From contig JAPLKY010000205.1 in NCBI GenBank assembly GCA_026387805.1, forward strand, positions 1 through 35,901: 35,901 nt of DNA, given 5' to 3'. The notes beneath the pieces were generated by a model. That model ran no database searches. It saw only the letters and a list, made by a program, of their open reading frames with translations, and had not been told where the DNA came from. How positions within the stretch are numbered: the stretch's first letter is position 1; every line of letters starts with the position of its first letter. This DNA comes from Candidatus Krumholzibacteriia bacterium. Its GTDB lineage: Bacteria > Krumholzibacteriota > Krumholzibacteriia > Krumholzibacteriales > Krumholzibacteriaceae. Below are positions 33,298 through 35,901 of this stretch, one piece after another. A program made the position numbers and the translations under genes.

Positions 33298-33399
33298 TCT
33301 TTTATCGGCAGCGCCCGGTCCTCGGCGGAGCTCCTCGCGAGGAACTCGCCAAGCGGCTATATCGCCTTCGATCGATCGTATCATGCGAGGCAGGAATCG

Positions 33400-33603
33400 C
33401 TACTCGCGCGAGAGTTTCCGCCCGAGCGCCTTCTCGACGTCCGCGACCTTGCCCGTGAGGCGCCCCGAAGCGCCCTCGCGGTCGTCTGCATGGCGCCGAG
33501 CTTGTACGTGAGCCCCGACTTGTCGATGATGTCGACGATCTCGGCGACATGCTTGCTCAGGGGTTCGCCGACGCCGACGGGAGAGATTGAGAAGCCGGCG
33601 AGC
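33400..33603 (-). pseudogene. MTH1187/YkoF-type (UPF0045) gene copy with 103-nt internal deletion and lost start codon
   Basis: Aligns to 35199-35504. 35286-35388 is missing, and the deletion is bounded by the 8-nt direct repeat CGGTCGTC (35278-35285 and 35381-35388, a single copy at 33479-33486). Homology ends 3 nt before the position of the ATG. Confidence 0.8.
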
Positions 33604-33649
33604 TCTCAAGGTGCGCCATCGAACCACGCCGCTCGTCGCAGCTTTCTTC

Positions 33650-33678
33650 TTGAAATTGCGATGAATGCGCGCTATCCT
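33650..33678 (+). promoter_or_regulatory. possible promoter TTGAAA-N17-TATCCT
   Basis: TTGAAA at 33650-33655 and TATCCT at 33673-33678, about 75 nt upstream of ATG 33754. Confidence 0.35.
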
Positions 33679-33753
33679 CTCCCGCACATCCACCGCGGGG
33701 CTCGCATCGGCGATTTGAACTAACGAACAGTCTGGAACCAAGGGGGAAGAAGT

Positions 33754-35091
33754 ATGCGTGTCTCTCTCGTCGTTGTTCTCTGCTTTGGAATGCTTCTGAT
33801 GTCATGCGGGCAGCAGGAGAAGGCAAAGCAAACGAGCGGGCTTTTTCCTATCAATGCACTGGGTAAGTATGGATTCCTGGATAAGACTGGGAAAACGGTA
33901 ATTCCGCCGCAGTTCGACTCGGCGTCCCCATTTTCGGAGGGACTTGCGCTCGTCAATACGGGGGGCAAATGGGGCTATGTTGATACTCAAGGGAAATATG
34001 TCGTCAATCCTCAGTTCGACGAGGCGAAGGATTTCTCGGATGGCCTGGCGTTGGTCAGGGTCGATAGCAAATGGGGCTATATCGATAAGACCGGAAAGTA
34101 TGTGGTGAATCCTCAGTTCGAAGGAGCAGACGACTTCGCCGAGGGGATGGCGCGCGTGCAGTTCGGCGAACGGAGCGGCTTCATCGATAAGAACGGAAAG
34201 ATGGCGATCAATCCCCAATTCGATTATGCCGGGTCTTTTTCGGAAGGACTTGCTCTTGTGGCCATAGGCCAAAAAGGCGGATATATCGACAAGAAGGGAC
34301 AGGTGGTCATCAATCCGCAGTTTGATCATGCTCGTGAGTTTTCCGAGCAACTTGCGGCCATACTTGTGGGCGAGAGATGGGGATACATCGACCAGAAGGG
34401 GAAGATCATCATCAATCCGCAGTTCGAACAGGCGACGGATTTCTCCGAGAAGCTGGCGGCGGTTGATGTGGGCCATAAGTGGGGCTATATCGACAAGACG
34501 GGCAAAATAGTCATCAATCCTCAATTCGAAAGCGCGAACAAGTTCGCGGACGGTATGGCGCGTGTCGAGATCAACTCGAAATGGGGATATATAGACAAAA
34601 CGGGGAACCTCGTCATCAATCCGCAGTTCCAGAGCGCGCAGGATTTTTCGGATGGACTCGCACTCGCGCAGGGCGACGACTACAGCGGTAATGAATTCGG
34701 CTATATCGACAAGACGGGAAAATTCATCTGGACTCCTCCCGTGCAGATCGGCGGTATCTATTCCGATGTCAAGGCGGATCAGCAGTCAGGAGACGTCACC
34801 GGCACAGGGACATTTCAACTCTATTCGCAGAATGGCAGCTGGACCGGGCAATTTTGCCAGCTCCTGAGCCTGGATGGCAGCACGTACCCCTGGAATCCTC
34901 TGCAGAACGTGGTGGTCAATGAAGGGGATGCGAGCGTTTCGTTTGAAACCCTATGGATTGAGACCAATTTTTCCTTGCCGCGGGACCAGCAACCGACGAA
35001 GTGGCGCAAGGGCAGCGGCATAGCGACGAGAAAAGCGTTGAAAATCAAATGGGAGGGCGATCCGAACGAGTGCTTGTATGAGAAGCGGTAA
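33754..35091 (+). CDS. KWG/WG-containing-repeat lipoprotein
   Basis: AAGGGGGAAG RBS and lipobox LLMSC. About 11 repeats of the ..KWGYIDKTGK.VINPQF..A.DFSEGLA.V pattern (WG_beta_rep type). Confidence 0.88.
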   Translation: MRVSLVVVLCFGMLLMSCGQQEKAKQTSGLFPINALGKYGFLDKTGKTVIPPQFDSASPFSEGLALVNTGGKWGYVDTQGKYVVNPQFDEAKDFSDGLALVRVDSKWGYIDKTGKYVVNPQFEGADDFAEGMARVQFGERSGFIDKNGKMAINPQFDYAGSFSEGLALVAIGQKGGYIDKKGQVVINPQFDHAREFSEQLAAILVGERWGYIDQKGKIIINPQFEQATDFSEKLAAVDVGHKWGYIDKTGKIVINPQFESANKFADGMARVEINSKWGYIDKTGNLVINPQFQSAQDFSDGLALAQGDDYSGNEFGYIDKTGKFIWTPPVQIGGIYSDVKADQQSGDVTGTGTFQLYSQNGSWTGQFCQLLSLDGSTYPWNPLQNVVVNEGDASVSFETLWIETNFSLPRDQQPTKWRKGSGIATRKALKIKWEGDPNECLYEKR

Positions 35092-35140
35092 CGTCCCTTC
35101 CCGGCGCCGCTGACATAATTTGTGCATGCAAGAGCAAAGG

Positions 35141-35181
35141 GGAGCTGCCAGTCTCTTCAAATGAAGGCGATTGGCAGCTCC
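35141..35181. terminator. stem-loop between convergent genes (weak bidirectional terminator candidate)
   Basis: GGAGCTGCCA (35141-35150) pairs with TGGCAGCTCC (35172-35181), with an inner CTTCA/TGAAG pairing. There is no clear U-tract. Confidence 0.3.
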
Positions 35182-35198
35182 TCTGCTGCGAATGGGCG

Positions 35199-35507
35199 CT
35201 ATTCACGCGAGAGCTTCCGCCCGAGCGCCTTCTCGACGTCCGCGACCTTGCCCGTGAGGCGCCCCGAAGCGCCCTCGCGGTCGTCGATCGCGATGTGCGT
35301 GACCACGCGCTTGGCCTTCGTGCGCATGTGCCGGTGACACTGCAGGATGAGCGCCATGACCTCGGCGTCGCCGCCTTCGACGGTCGTCTGCATGGCGCCG
35401 AGCTTGTACTTGAGCCCCGACCGGTCGATGATGTCGACGATCTCGGCGACGTGCTTGCTCAGGGCTTCGCCGACGCCGACGGGGGAGATTGAGAAGCTGG
35501 CGAGCAT
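35199..35507 (-). CDS. MTH1187/YkoF-family (UPF0045) thiamine-binding-like protein
   Basis: 102 aa. MLASFSISPVGVGEALSKHVAEIVDIIDRSGLKYKLGAMQTTVEG...ALGRKLSRE is a typical family N-terminus (SxxPxG..S.S..VA). Confidence 0.8.
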   Translation of the reverse strand: MLASFSISPVGVGEALSKHVAEIVDIIDRSGLKYKLGAMQTTVEGGDAEVMALILQCHRHMRTKAKRVVTHIAIDDREGASGRLTGKVADVEKALGRKLSRE

Positions 35508-35638
35508 AATGAATCCTCTCCTAAAGGAAACGGCATCGAATATCGCATGCTGTTCTGTTGTCCCTGGCGGGCATTATTGAATACAACCATTTCTATCGGT
35601 GGATATTATCATACTTCTGCGGAGATGACATCTCTGTT

Positions 35639-35896
35639 CTACGGTCTTATTTCGGATTCGATAATTCTTTGATCGGGTGGTGATGTGGTTGCATCAGTGA
35701 CTTCTACAAAGTAAAACCTTTCATGTCCTGTATGGGGATTGTACTCATACTGGGCTCTCTGATGCAGCATTTCTACATCGCTCATAGGAGTTGATCTTGC
35801 CATGAGAACCCTGTCGTCAAAAAAGAGGATGTTGTTTACTTGTCTGCGATCAACCAAGTATCTCAATACGCTACTCAGAAATTCCTTATCAGCCAA
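35639..35896 (-). CDS. hypothetical protein, possibly 5'-partial at window edge
   Basis: 85-aa ORF in a lower-GC segment with a TTG start in the track. The frame reaches the window end. No motif recognised. Confidence 0.35.
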   Translation of the reverse strand: MADKEFLSSVLRYLVDRRQVNNILFFDDRVLMARSTPMSDVEMLHQRAQYEYNPHTGHERFYFVEVTDATTSPPDQRIIESEIRP

Positions 35897-35901
35897 TCCC
35901 T

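Overview
This is a 35.9-kb GC-rich fragment, with lower GC only at both edges. It looks like an uncultured FCB-type bacterium that uses type IX secretion: six plus-strand genes end in the NYPNPFNPxTTI...GIYFxxL sorting domain. (i) 0.6-14.6 kb is a plus-strand array of giant secreted multidomain proteins. Four carry prenyltransferase/squalene-cyclase-like alpha/alpha-toroid (QW-repeat) domains combined with PKD, CARDB and FN3-like modules, and two neighbours share a 633-nt almost identical 3' module. (ii) 14.6-16.2 kb is a compact cassette partly missed by the ORF track. It has its own promoter, a 43-aa peptide with lasso-type leader spacing, a strong hairpin, a PqqD-like RRE and an HPr-kinase-like protein. 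No cyclase or leader protease occurs anywhere in the window, and a PF14907-type nucleotidyltransferase lies 7 kb away. (iii) 16.3-22.9 kb holds a BNR/Asp-box propeller, a TonB-dependent receptor and an M64-like metallopeptidase. (iv) 23-33.6 kb is a minus-strand accessory block with an ankyrin-MBL fusion, a degenerate NTase pair and a HepT/MntA toxin-antitoxin pair. It also holds two tandem ORF6N(KilA-N)-DUF1016(PDDEXK) modules, one decayed, that are saturated with several families of covarying palindromes. Some palindromes lie inside coding sequence, some abut promoters, and some sit behind unrelated genes. (v) 33.4-35.5 kb is a KWG-repeat lipoprotein gene bracketed by an intact and an internally deleted copy of an MTH1187-type gene. 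No rRNA, tRNA, CRISPR array, transposase or integrase was recognised. All family calls come from motif recognition by eye; no searches were run.
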